From Candidatus Zhuqueibacterota bacterium (GTDB lineage Bacteria; Zhuqueibacterota; Zhuqueibacteria; Thermofontimicrobiales; Thermofontimicrobiaceae): a stretch of 64,000 nucleotides of DNA. The first letter of the stretch is position 1, and every line of letters begins with the position of its first letter. Location of the stretch: contig JBMOPW010000044.1 in the NCBI GenBank assembly GCA_049322915.1, forward strand, positions 64,001 to 128,000, written 5' to 3'. Positions 30,000-39,947 of this stretch are shown here, in pieces. A program made the translations under genes and the position numbers. The notes under the pieces are model-generated. The model saw only the letters and a list, made by a program, of their open reading frames with translations, searched no databases and was not told where the DNA came from.

Positions 30000-30331
30000 G
30001 AAACTATTCAGCCGCGTAGTCTCAAGGCACAAAGAAAAGAAACTTCAACCTGAATTATTCATGAACTTGCTCAGAATTTGAGTCAACATTCAGATTTTCA
30101 ATTAGCTAAAGGCTAAGCTATTTTGAAACTCAGTTTATATACGTTTATTCTAAAAAGAGCACCATTCAGGTTAGCCAGCCTCCTTTAAAAATACAATGAA
30201 TAATGCAGGCTAAAAGGATGAATTCTGAAAAGTTGAATTTGGTTTTAAAACAATTGAATTAGAAATTGACATCTTCACGTAACTTCGTGACTTGGAGTCT
30301 TTGCGGTAAGAAAACATGCCTGAATAGTAGC
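30000..30331. mobile_element. Outer MITE with ACTATTCAG ends and 8-bp target duplication
   Basis: GAAACTATTCAG...CTGAATAGTAGC; subterminal inverted repeats 30012-30034/30283-30306; TTTAAATT on both sides. Confidence 0.65.
30049..30209 (+). mobile_element. 161-bp MITE copy 1, nested in the outer MITE
   Basis: TIRs CCTGAATTATTCAT/ATGAATAATGCAGG; near-identical inverted copy at 47087-47247. Confidence 0.85.
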
Positions 30332-30366
30332 TTTAAATTAAAATTATGTAATAAGAAATATTGTTC

Positions 30367-30396
30367 TTGACTTTATCGCGTCTTGAATAGTATTTT
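30367..30396 (+). promoter_or_regulatory. Possible sigma70 promoter of the signalling operon
   Basis: TTGACT-18-TATTTT. Confidence 0.45.
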
Positions 30397-30687
30397 AATA
30401 TGGCTTTTCACTTATTAAAAAATTAGGGACAAATCGGATACGTCGCAGCATTTGATATTTGGAGATCGAGTTCAATCCTGAGTGAATGGCTGGCCATAAT
30501 TCCATTAAGTGAAGCGAAAAAAGATCACCCGCATGTATTGAGATTTTAAGAAGAGCAATTCAGGAATTCGAAAAGCTGCCGATATATTAACTATAAAATC
30601 TTGTCCTGGTTATGCAATTATAAAAATGCAATAAGTGTCGCCAAGCCAATACCCTGGTTCCCTTAATTCAGGCACATCATTTTTTTA

Positions 30688-32847
30688 ATGAATAACGCGC
30701 ACACCAAAATGACAAATCTCAAAGAAAAGAAGGCATCCCCAAAACAGCACGTGATTTCCAGCGAAACAGGAATGCAAATTCCCCAGCCGAGTTATATTCA
30801 AAACAGTAAATTGCTATCTGAGCTTCTTCATGAAATTAATAAGATGGTTCAATTTTCGTGGGGTGGATTATTTTTTTATTACGAGACCGATGGCCGACTG
30901 AGATTGGCTCATTATCTTGGACAGAATCCGCAGGGAAGAAATCAGGATGTCAATGCGTTCGCGCTGTGGGTCGCCAGTCACAAAGAGTCGTTGTTGATTT
31001 CCGATTTCAGAGAGGAGAAGCGGTTCAGACAGGAGGCTGATTTGGCTTCGGTGCTGTTTGTGCCGGTGCTGCTTCAGGATGCGTGCATTGGAGTCATTGG
31101 GCTGGAACGTCGGGAGCAGCGAGCGTTCAGCCATGAAGAATTAGCGCTTGTCTCCCAGTACGCTGAAATTGCCACCAAGGAGATCGAGGATGTCATTCGT
31201 TTTCGCGAATTAGAAGAAAGAGCAAGTCAACTCCATACACTCGTGGAAATCGGCCAGGCATTGGCGTCTGTGCTCAATCTGAATGAGCTGTTCGAGAAAA
31301 TTTATGAGCAGGTTGGATTGGTGATGGATGTGGATGCTTTTTTCATTTGCTGTTACGAGCCTGAAAACGATTATGTCACCATGGAGTTTGTCATGGATGA
31401 AAAGAAGCGGTTCGATAGGATCAAAGAACCGCTGGGGCCAGGCGTTGCCAGCCAGGCGATTCGCCAGAAACGAGCTATAGTGCTCAACCGGACGGTTGAG
31501 GAATACGAGAAACTGAAACTGTCCGACGCCAATCCGTTTGGGAACAGAACGCGGCTTTGCCGGTCATTAATTGCTGCGCCAATCATGCTGCGCGACAAGG
31601 TCATTGGCGCGATATCCGCACAAAGCTACCGATTCAATAGTTACTCGCAGCAGCAAATGGAATTGCTTGCAGCAATTGGCAATCAATCGGCAGTGGCCAT
31701 AGAGAACGCCAGGCTCTACGAGCGCGAAAAAATGATGGTCTCTGAATTGACGGCAATTAAGCAGATCGACCGCGAAATTACATCCACACTGGACGTGGAC
31801 GAGATGGTGAAAGCGGTGGCGAACACCATTATCAGACACACGAAATTTGATTATGTCTCCATTTTCATTGTGGATCATGACAGGAATACACTGGTGAAAA
31901 AGGCCGCTGCAACTCGCACTAAAACCAATGATTTGCCAATTGGCTTTGAGGTCAGTTTTGACCAGGGGTTAATTGGCTGGACAGCTCGAAATCGAAAGAC
32001 GCGCCTGACCAACGATGTGAGCAAGGATGAATTTTACGTTTCCTATACCTGCAAAACCACCCGGGCGGAGTTATGTGTGCCGATTGAGAAAAGCAACCGG
32101 TTGTATGGCGTTTTCAATATAGAAAATTATGAAACAAATTCTTTTAGTGAACACGATGTGCCGCTCATTGAAAATATTTCCTATCACCTGTCTCAGATGC
32201 TGGAAAATGCCCGGCTATTCGATATGATCCGAATCGAAAAAGACAAGCTTGAAAAGATACTTTACAACCTGAATGAAGGCGTGTCCATCATCGATGCCGA
32301 ATACCGGATCACCTATATGAATCAGTGGATGATCGATCGCTTTGGTAAGGAAGTAATCGGGCAGCGGTGCGATGTGGTACTTAGCCAGATCGATCCCATA
32401 TTGAATGAAAATCTTTTGAGCAAGGCGTTCAAAGAAAAGTTGCCGGCGATTGAAACCAAAACCGCCCGACGGGAATTTTATTCGGTGCTTCTTTCTCCTA
32501 TAAAAATTTCCAATAAGGCGACCGGTATTCTGGCGGTGATAAACGATACCACCCATAAAAAACGGTATGAGATTGAACTGATACATTCAGAGAGGTACAA
32601 AGCGGTGATAAATCTCGCGGCCGCGGTGGCGCACGAGTTAAATCAGCCGCTCACCGGCATTGCCTGCTATTGTTCGCTTCTTCTGGAAGAGATCGCCGAG
32701 GGGGAGAAGCACTATGAAGAAATTTTTGAAATCGACGTGCAAGCAAATCGACTGATGGAACTGATACGGAAGATACAGACCCTGGCTCGTGTCGAGACGA
32801 GGGAGTATTTTGGCGATGATGAAATTCTGAATATTCACGCGGAGTGA
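30688..32847 (+). CDS. Triple-GAF + PAS + HisKA (DHp) protein lacking a HATPase domain
   Basis: Three GAF units (SVLFVPV, SLIAAPI, AELCVPI), PAS, AHELNQPL H-box; stops about 70 aa later with no N/G1/F/G2 boxes; start uncertain. Confidence 0.85.
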   Translation: MNNAHTKMTNLKEKKASPKQHVISSETGMQIPQPSYIQNSKLLSELLHEINKMVQFSWGGLFFYYETDGRLRLAHYLGQNPQGRNQDVNAFALWVASHKESLLISDFREEKRFRQEADLASVLFVPVLLQDACIGVIGLERREQRAFSHEELALVSQYAEIATKEIEDVIRFRELEERASQLHTLVEIGQALASVLNLNELFEKIYEQVGLVMDVDAFFICCYEPENDYVTMEFVMDEKKRFDRIKEPLGPGVASQAIRQKRAIVLNRTVEEYEKLKLSDANPFGNRTRLCRSLIAAPIMLRDKVIGAISAQSYRFNSYSQQQMELLAAIGNQSAVAIENARLYEREKMMVSELTAIKQIDREITSTLDVDEMVKAVANTIIRHTKFDYVSIFIVDHDRNTLVKKAAATRTKTNDLPIGFEVSFDQGLIGWTARNRKTRLTNDVSKDEFYVSYTCKTTRAELCVPIEKSNRLYGVFNIENYETNSFSEHDVPLIENISYHLSQMLENARLFDMIRIEKDKLEKILYNLNEGVSIIDAEYRITYMNQWMIDRFGKEVIGQRCDVVLSQIDPILNENLLSKAFKEKLPAIETKTARREFYSVLLSPIKISNKATGILAVINDTTHKKRYEIELIHSERYKAVINLAAAVAHELNQPLTGIACYCSLLLEEIAEGEKHYEEIFEIDVQANRLMELIRKIQTLARVETREYFGDDEILNIHAE

Positions 32848-32926
32848 TCGGCCGACGTTGGCCGGATAAATCCCTATGCCAAGAATGTCGGGACATTAGA
32901 TTGCAGCACAATGAGAAGAGAATTGG

Positions 32927-34141
32927 ATGAAAAATTTTTTCACTAAAAAAAGACTCAATAAAAAAATTCTGGTCGTTGATGACGAATTGGTCGTTCGGAA
33001 AACGTGCGAGTTGTCGTTGACGCGTGTCGGTTACGACGTCAAAACCGTGTGTAATGGCGTCGAAGCTCTGCAGGCTCTCGCCAGGTACGATGCGGATATT
33101 GTCATCATCGATCTCAAAATGCCATTGATGGGGGGAATGGAATTGCTGGAAAATATCCGGCGAGATTATCCGCATCTTCAGGTGATCATCATGACCGGCT
33201 ACGCCACGATCGAGAATGCTGTGCAGGCCATGAAATACAAAGCCTTCGATTTCATTTTAAAGCCATTCAATGCCGAACAGATCCGAATGGTCGTCGAGAA
33301 GTGCTCGGAAAATCTTGATATGAGTCAGGAAATTCACGAGTTGAATCTGGCGAATCAGAGGCTCCGGGAATTGCAGGAGATGAAAGACCGTTTCATCGCC
33401 ATCACCAGTCATGAATTGCGCACGCCGGTCAGCCACATCAAGGGCTATCTGACCATTCTCATGGACGAGACCTATCGGGACACCATCACGGCAGCAGAAC
33501 GCCAGGAGTTCATCGCGATTATCAATTCCGCTGTGGAAGACCTGGAGCACATTGTATTGAACATGTTCAACATCAACCAGCTTGAAAATAATTCGATGAA
33601 ATTATTGCTGGAACAGGTGTCTTTGAACGACATCATTGAACAGATTGTGAAGGAGTGTCAGTTAATTACCAGGGACAGAAATCTTACGGTGACGTTCGAT
33701 AAAAACGATGCCCTCCCCGTTATCATTGGAGACCGGTTAAAGCTGAAGCAGATGGTCAATGAACTGTTTCAGAACGCCATTAAATTCACGCCGGATGGCG
33801 GACACATCAGCTTTGCGACCAGAGTGGACGAGGAGTATTGCTACGTTTCGGTGAAAGACAATGGCATCGGTTTGACTGAATCGGAGAAGAGCAAAATTTT
33901 CGAAAAATTTTATGAGGCTCAAAATCCGGACCATCACAGCACAAGCAAAACGAATTTCATGGGAGGCGGACTTGGCATTGGCTTGAACATTGCCAAAGCC
34001 ATCGTTGAAGCGCATAAAGGTCGAATGAAAGTCATCAGCGAGAAGGAAAAAGGTTCTGAATTCACAGCGATCCTTCCCATTGAAAACTGGATAATTAATG
34101 AAAGTCATACTGAAGGCAATATGGAAGACTATGTCCAATAA
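32927..34141 (+). CDS. Hybrid histidine kinase (receiver-HisKA-HATPase)
   Basis: VVDDE..DLKMP..KPF receiver; SHELRTP, QNAIKF, DNGIG, IFEKF, GLGIGL. Confidence 0.95.
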   Translation: MKNFFTKKRLNKKILVVDDELVVRKTCELSLTRVGYDVKTVCNGVEALQALARYDADIVIIDLKMPLMGGMELLENIRRDYPHLQVIIMTGYATIENAVQAMKYKAFDFILKPFNAEQIRMVVEKCSENLDMSQEIHELNLANQRLRELQEMKDRFIAITSHELRTPVSHIKGYLTILMDETYRDTITAAERQEFIAIINSAVEDLEHIVLNMFNINQLENNSMKLLLEQVSLNDIIEQIVKECQLITRDRNLTVTFDKNDALPVIIGDRLKLKQMVNELFQNAIKFTPDGGHISFATRVDEEYCYVSVKDNGIGLTESEKSKIFEKFYEAQNPDHHSTSKTNFMGGGLGIGLNIAKAIVEAHKGRMKVISEKEKGSEFTAILPIENWIINESHTEGNMEDYVQ

Positions 34142-35594
34142 TCGAAAAAAAGTGTTAGTCGTGGATGATGATGAAAATATTTGCAAGTTGTGCGGCAACA
34201 GTCTTCGCAACGAAGGCTACCAGGTGTACACGACATGCCGGCCGGAGAATGTTCTGAAAATCGTGGATAAAGAAAATATTAACTTAGTCCTGACTGATAT
34301 TAAAATGCCCAGTCTGGACGGGCTGGAAATTTTGCGGCGTTTGATGGAATCCCATCCGGATATTGCTGTGGTTGTGATGACAGCATACGCCACCATGGAA
34401 GTGGCCATCAAAGCTGTCAACGACGGGGCGTATAGTTTCATTCATAAACCGTTTCATGTGAACGAGATGGCATTGGCTGTCAAAAATGCATTGGAGCGGC
34501 AACGGTTATTTCAGGAAAATATTCGCCTGAAGACGCTGGTCAGTTTATTCAAAGTGAGCGAACAAATTACAGGCACGTTGGACATCAAAGATCTGCTCAA
34601 CACGGTGGCCAGCGCTGTGCTGAAAGAGACCGACTCCAAAAGAGCGGTCATCTATTACCCGGATTCGGAGACCAACGAGCTTTACGCGCGTTACGCCATT
34701 GGCATCAATGAAGAGAGAATGGACAATATCCGGATACCGTTCGACGAAGGTATTGTCGGTGCGGCATTTCAAAATCGAAACCTGGTGCATGTCCCTAATT
34801 TTGTCGAGGAGGATTCCACCTATCCGCACCCGCTGGAACGCGAGTTGGGCAATTCAGCGCTGGCAGTGCCGATGCTGAGCAAGGAAAAAATTTTAGGTGT
34901 GCTTTCACTGTTCAAAAATGGACGGAGTCTCGGTTTCACGGAAGCGGACAAGGACGTTGCAGCGATTCTCACTTCCCAGGCGTCCATTGCGCTGGATAAT
35001 GCCGAGTTGATTCTCGACCTAGAGATTCTGTTCCTGGAATCGATGAAATCGCTGGCAAAAACGTTGGATGAACGCGACCCGTTCACTCATGGCCATTCTC
35101 ACCGCGTGTCCAAATTAGCCCGGGCCATCGGTCAGTTGATGGAATTGTCAGAAGATAATTTGGAGACGCTCAGGCACGCCGGGGTTCTGCACGATATCGG
35201 CAAGATCGGCATTCGGGACGAGATTTTGCTGAAGCCGGGGCCGTTGACTCTGGATGAGTATGAGATCATCAAAACGCATCCGGAAAAAGGCTACAATATT
35301 TTAAAACCAATCAGTCGACTGAACGATGTAGCCGAGGCGGTTTTCTGCCACCACGAGTGGTACAACGGGGATGGCTACCCTAGAAATTTGAGAAACAGCG
35401 AAGTCCCATTGGCAGGCTCCATTCTTGCAGTGGCGGACGCCTACGATACAATCACGACAGACCGTCCCTATCGGTTGAAGCAAGAACATCAGATCGCCAT
35501 TGAAATTATGAAACGTGCGAGCGGGACACAATTTTACCCCGATGTAGTCCAGGCGCTGGAATACGTCGATGTGCAAAAATTGAATCTCTATTAA
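34131..35594 (+). CDS. Receiver-GAF-HD-GYP cyclic dinucleotide phosphodiesterase
   Basis: VVDDD..DIKMP receiver; GAF; HGHSHRV, LHDIGKIG, HHEWYNGDGYP, VADAYD, RPYR. Confidence 0.94.
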   Translation: MSNNRKKVLVVDDDENICKLCGNSLRNEGYQVYTTCRPENVLKIVDKENINLVLTDIKMPSLDGLEILRRLMESHPDIAVVVMTAYATMEVAIKAVNDGAYSFIHKPFHVNEMALAVKNALERQRLFQENIRLKTLVSLFKVSEQITGTLDIKDLLNTVASAVLKETDSKRAVIYYPDSETNELYARYAIGINEERMDNIRIPFDEGIVGAAFQNRNLVHVPNFVEEDSTYPHPLERELGNSALAVPMLSKEKILGVLSLFKNGRSLGFTEADKDVAAILTSQASIALDNAELILDLEILFLESMKSLAKTLDERDPFTHGHSHRVSKLARAIGQLMELSEDNLETLRHAGVLHDIGKIGIRDEILLKPGPLTLDEYEIIKTHPEKGYNILKPISRLNDVAEAVFCHHEWYNGDGYPRNLRNSEVPLAGSILAVADAYDTITTDRPYRLKQEHQIAIEIMKRASGTQFYPDVVQALEYVDVQKLNLY

Positions 35595-35597
35595 AAA

Positions 35598-35682
35598 AAA
35601 AGTTATGATCTACGGACCCCTGGAAGTCGCTCCTCAGAACAAAGTTCTCTGGTGGCGCCCCGATCCGTGAATCATAACTTTT
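35598..35682. terminator. Long hairpin between convergent genes (possible bidirectional terminator)
   Basis: AAAAGTTATGAT..ACGGA / TCCGT..ATCATAACTTTT with inner AGAAC-AAA-GTTCT. Confidence 0.6.
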
Positions 35683-35713
35683 CGTTTTCAGCCTTCCGAT
35701 TTGTCCGTTCTAT

Positions 35714-37531
35714 CTAAAAGAACATATACCGAAAATCTTTAATCTTGGCGCTTTCCTTCAAATCAGTATACCAGTTGTTGTAAATTCGGCGCTGCTTATC
35801 CTGCAGGAGCGATGATTTCAGGTTCTCTTTTTGCAGGTCAAAGGTGGCTTGATCGAACGGTTGCTTTTCAATCATCTGAATGATATAGGCGCCGCGAGTA
35901 CCTTTCACAACTGGCGAAATTTCCCCGACTTCCAGTGCGAATGCAGCGCCGCTGAAATTGACGTCGCGACCGACATTCTTCACATACCCGGTCAGAGCGA
36001 AAAACTCTGTTTCTTCAACTTTGAGAGAATCGTAGCTGGCGTATTGTTCAAGTTGACTGCCTGCGGGAATGCGGTCTCTCAACCGTTTCGCAGCTTCGGC
36101 AGCGCGTTCTTTGCCTTTTTCACGGGCAAGAATGTCGCGAATGGTTGATTCCACGTCCTTCAATTCCTTCTTTTTCTCCGGTTGAATGCCTAACAACTGA
36201 CAGACAACATAGCCCTGATTTTCGATGAAATAGGGTTGCGTGATCTTGCCAACTTTCGCATGAAAGATCGATTCGGAGATCCTCCGCTGCATGCCGAGTT
36301 TCTGGATAAAACCGCTATTGGTAAAATAGCCGGTCGTATCGACCGTCATTTTTTCATCTTTCACTGCTACGCTAAATCCTTGCTCATTGGCGATTTCAAC
36401 GAAATAGCCGGCATTGTCGCGCACAGATTCCTGAGTATCCCGCGATGGCTTGATTGTGAAAAGGATCTGGCTGGCTTTGACTTTATCTTTGCCATCCTCT
36501 TTTTTCTTCTCCGTCACTTTCAGAATGTGCAGGCCATTCTGGGTGGCAATTGGGCCGACCACGTCGCCGACATTAGCGGAGAAAAGCGCATTTTCCAGCT
36601 TGCTGTCTTTTGTCCCCGGTTCGATATAACCCATGTCACCGCCGCTGGAAGCCGTGGCAGCATCTTCGGAATAGGCTTCGGCCATCCGGGCGAAATCGAT
36701 GCCGGCGCGGAGACTGTCCATAATGAACTCCACCTGGAACATCACTTCATCTGAGTCGTTTTTCGTGGGGACCAGTGCGAATTTAACGAATTGAATCCGC
36801 CGCTTTTCCTGCTCGGTGTACTTTTCCGTGTTCTCGTCAAAATATTTTTCAATTTCCTTTTGACTGATTTCCGAATTTCTGGCTTTATATTTATTCTCAT
36901 CAAAAAAGAGATGTTTCACTCTCACTTTTTGATTGCGCTTCATGAAGTCATATTTCACTTCCTCGTCCGTGACAAACGCTGAGGAGACAACCTCTTGCTG
37001 CAGCTTGCTGAACGGAATGGTATTGGCCAGATAATTTTCAACGAATGACCAGTAATTGGAATTCCGCTGGTCGGCCAGCGCTGATTGATATTTTTTCATA
37101 TCGAAATTGCCCTGCTCATCGGCGAAGTTCGGGTTCTGAACGATGAACTGAGGCGGATTTTCAAAAATGTGAAAGGCAATTTCTTTTTTCGTGGCAACAA
37201 ATCCCAGTTCATCCGTCTTCTGGCGAATGAGCACTTCGCGAATCAAAGATTCCCACATTTGATCCTCGAGATTCTGCAACTCAACACCAACCGGGTCGCG
37301 CTGGTACTGTTGTTTATAGGCCTCGTATTGCTGCTGGTAATAGTCACTGTATTGTTTATAGGAAATGTCTTCGCCATTGATGGTGGCTATGGTATCCGCT
37401 CGGCGACCAAACAAGTGGGTAATATCTGCACCGCCAACCAGTCCACCGACCGTCATACTTAGTACGAACAACACCAATAAACCAAACAAAATGATATGCG
37501 TGTTTTCACGCATTTTGTTCATGATTGCCAT
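35714..37531 (-). CDS. PpiD/SurA-type peptidyl-prolyl isomerase chaperone
   Basis: MNKMRE N-terminal TM, SurA N-terminal domain, parvulin FARMAEAYSED...GGDMG. Confidence 0.9.
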   Translation of the reverse strand: MAIMNKMRENTHIILFGLLVLFVLSMTVGGLVGGADITHLFGRRADTIATINGEDISYKQYSDYYQQQYEAYKQQYQRDPVGVELQNLEDQMWESLIREVLIRQKTDELGFVATKKEIAFHIFENPPQFIVQNPNFADEQGNFDMKKYQSALADQRNSNYWSFVENYLANTIPFSKLQQEVVSSAFVTDEEVKYDFMKRNQKVRVKHLFFDENKYKARNSEISQKEIEKYFDENTEKYTEQEKRRIQFVKFALVPTKNDSDEVMFQVEFIMDSLRAGIDFARMAEAYSEDAATASSGGDMGYIEPGTKDSKLENALFSANVGDVVGPIATQNGLHILKVTEKKKEDGKDKVKASQILFTIKPSRDTQESVRDNAGYFVEIANEQGFSVAVKDEKMTVDTTGYFTNSGFIQKLGMQRRISESIFHAKVGKITQPYFIENQGYVVCQLLGIQPEKKKELKDVESTIRDILAREKGKERAAEAAKRLRDRIPAGSQLEQYASYDSLKVEETEFFALTGYVKNVGRDVNFSGAAFALEVGEISPVVKGTRGAYIIQMIEKQPFDQATFDLQKENLKSSLLQDKQRRIYNNWYTDLKESAKIKDFRYMFF

Positions 37532-37638
37532 GATAACTCCTTCGTAAAGTATTCATTTCTCAGAAAAATAAGCTCTATCTTTTCACAGTTCAAGTCTTTG
37601 GTTATTTGGGAAAAGAGATTATGGAATAAAAGGCTCTT

Positions 37639-37667
37639 AATATAGTGATTCGATTAAAAAAAAGCAA
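37639..37667 (-). promoter_or_regulatory. sigma70 promoter of the PpiD-like gene
   Basis: TTGCTT-17-TATATT. Confidence 0.55.
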
Positions 37668-38214
37668 GATATTTTTAAGCGTGTTTTTAGTGGAAAATGA
37701 ACTATCATCTTCTCCATCGCTGTGCAAAATAGCTCCTCTGCATCGTTATTTCTGATTCGCTTTTCAGCGAAACCTCTCAACTCAGCAGCGGGTGCTGGAA
37801 TTGATCCACATGATTCAGTCGAGCTGAGACTCTGTTTTTAAAAGAAGTAGTAGCGATTTATTGTGTAGCTGATGAATTATTTCAATGATAAACCGCAGCG
37901 ACGTAACCTTAAAATGCTCAAGCTGAACTTTCATTCGTCCGCACGAGTCGGCACGAAGATACTCCCCTGGCATCAGTCGGAAAATGAAATTCACTGCCAG
38001 TAAATATTGCGGAACAAGACAGTCGGTTTGAATATCGTGTCGCATGAAAAAAAAGATTTGACTTTTAATAAATAAGTTATTATATATAAAGCCGCGGGTG
38101 AAGTTCATTGAAGTAACGACATAATGACGCATCAGGGAGGATGCCATAATTCAAAGTGAAGCGGCATGAACCTTACCATTATAATAATCAAATTCCTAAC
38201 AAAAGGAGTACGGA

Positions 38215-39669
38215 ATGAAATTTGATCATGCCCCAACCAATGAAATTCTCAAATGGTTTGAGGAAATTACCAGGATCCCTCGCTGTTCAAAAAACGAAGA
38301 AAAGATTGCAGCCTGGTTAATGGATTGGGCTAAGAAGAATGGGTTCGAAGCCAGGATGGATAAGGTAAAAAATATCGTGATAAAAATACCACCATCTGCC
38401 GGTTTCGAGAAATCACCGATTGTGGTGATACAGGGACACATGGATATGGTGTGCGAAAAGACACCCGATTCCACCCACGATTTCACTAAGGACCCCATTA
38501 AGCTGGTGTACGAAGGCGAGTGGCTGACTGCGGATCGGACAACCCTGGGCGCAGATAATGGCATCGCTATCGCCATGGCGCTGGCAATGGCGATGGATAA
38601 AACCGTGAAGCATCCACCGCTGGAATTGCTCTTCACTGTGGACGAAGAGACAGGGCTCACCGGCGCGAATGCGCTGGAACCGGGATTCATTGAAGGGAAA
38701 ATATTGATTAATGTCGATTCCGAGGATGAAGGTGTATTCACTGTTGGCTGCGCCGGCGGAGTGAATACCCGGTCGATATTGCCGCTCAATTTCGAGGAAC
38801 TGCCTGTCGGTTACAAAGCCTACAAGCTCACCAGCAGCGGCATGAAAGGCGGCCACTCCGGTATCGATATCGCCAAAGGAAAAGCCAATGCCATTCAGAT
38901 CTTAGGACGGACGCTGCACGCCATCCTGAACGAGAATGTCGATGCCCGAATTGCCAACGTCAAAGGCGGCAGCGCGCACAACGCCATTCCACGAGACGCT
39001 GAGGCTGTCGTATTCCTGGCTGAAGCAGAAGCCGCGAAAGCAGCCAATACAGTGACAAAGGCCTCTACGCTATTTTTGGATGAATTTAAAACGACAGACC
39101 CTGACCTGAAAGCGACTATCGCCCCGGCGAGCGGCAAATTCAACAAAGCCCTCACGGCGAAAGACACGCGACGGGTTGTTGATTTCATTCTGGCCATGCC
39201 CCACGGCGTGGCTGCCATGTCGCCCCATATCCCCGGGCTGGTGGAGACCTCCAATAATTTTGCCAAAATTTCCATCGAAGATAATGCATTGAATGTGCTC
39301 ACGAGCCAGAGAAGCTCAGTGATTTCCAGGCTCAAAGCCCACACCGCCAAAATTGAAGCCGTGGCGAAGCTGGCTGGCGGCGATGCGAAAACCAGTGAGG
39401 GTTACCCTCCCTGGCAACCCAATATGGATTCGCCCCTGTTGGCCAGGAGCGTGAAATTGTATGAATCAATGTTCCACAAAAAACCTGTGGTTGAAGTGAT
39501 TCACGCCGGACTGGAATGCGGCATTATCGGCGATAAGAATCCCGGGATGGATATGATTTCCCTGGGACCTGATTTGAAATACCCCCATTCGCCTGATGAG
39601 AAAATTCATATTGGCGCCATTGGCAAAGTCTGGGATTTTCTGGTAGCGCTATTGGCAACGATGAAATAA
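38215..39669 (+). CDS. pepD: Aminoacyl-histidine dipeptidase (M20C)
   Basis: QGHMDMVCEK, TTLGADNG, TVDEETG, GGHSG, IHAGLECG, PHSPDE. Confidence 0.95.
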   Translation: MKFDHAPTNEILKWFEEITRIPRCSKNEEKIAAWLMDWAKKNGFEARMDKVKNIVIKIPPSAGFEKSPIVVIQGHMDMVCEKTPDSTHDFTKDPIKLVYEGEWLTADRTTLGADNGIAIAMALAMAMDKTVKHPPLELLFTVDEETGLTGANALEPGFIEGKILINVDSEDEGVFTVGCAGGVNTRSILPLNFEELPVGYKAYKLTSSGMKGGHSGIDIAKGKANAIQILGRTLHAILNENVDARIANVKGGSAHNAIPRDAEAVVFLAEAEAAKAANTVTKASTLFLDEFKTTDPDLKATIAPASGKFNKALTAKDTRRVVDFILAMPHGVAAMSPHIPGLVETSNNFAKISIEDNALNVLTSQRSSVISRLKAHTAKIEAVAKLAGGDAKTSEGYPPWQPNMDSPLLARSVKLYESMFHKKPVVEVIHAGLECGIIGDKNPGMDMISLGPDLKYPHSPDEKIHIGAIGKVWDFLVALLATMK

Positions 39670-39691
39670 TGAGAGAATCGAGTAATATGAG

Positions 39692-39727
39692 AACAAAAAG
39701 GGAACGCAGTGTTCCCTTTTTGTTTTT
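39692..39727 (+). terminator. Intrinsic terminator
   Basis: AACAAAAAGGGAAC/GTTCCCTTTTTGTT 14-bp stem plus Ts. Confidence 0.85.
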
Positions 39728-39838
39728 AGCGTGCAGCGAAACCGGACTCAAACGCATCAGATCGAAGCGGTGGATTCAAGCGATGCGACTTGTTGCCAAT
39801 GGCTGGAATAAAATTACTTCAATGGCTGTTCCACAGCG

Positions 39839-39865
39839 TGAAACAAAACCGCATTTGAATCCGTA
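39839..39865 (+). promoter_or_regulatory. ECF-sigma (SigW-like) promoter
   Basis: TGAAAC-17-CGTA upstream of the tricorn gene. Confidence 0.55.
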
Positions 39866-39947
39866 ACGAGAGAACCAACTTTTGGCCACGATGATGTGCG
39901 CAAACCCTGCTTCAAACCAATTTCAATATTAAACCAATGGAGGCTTT

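Noticed and set aside
30455..30500. GTTCAATCC as a tRNA T-arm
   Set aside because: No cloverleaf or acceptor stem can be built
37815..38147. 110-aa ORF between the PpiD-like gene and pepD
   Set aside because: Overlaps promoter and leader DNA, has no RBS and no recognisable motif
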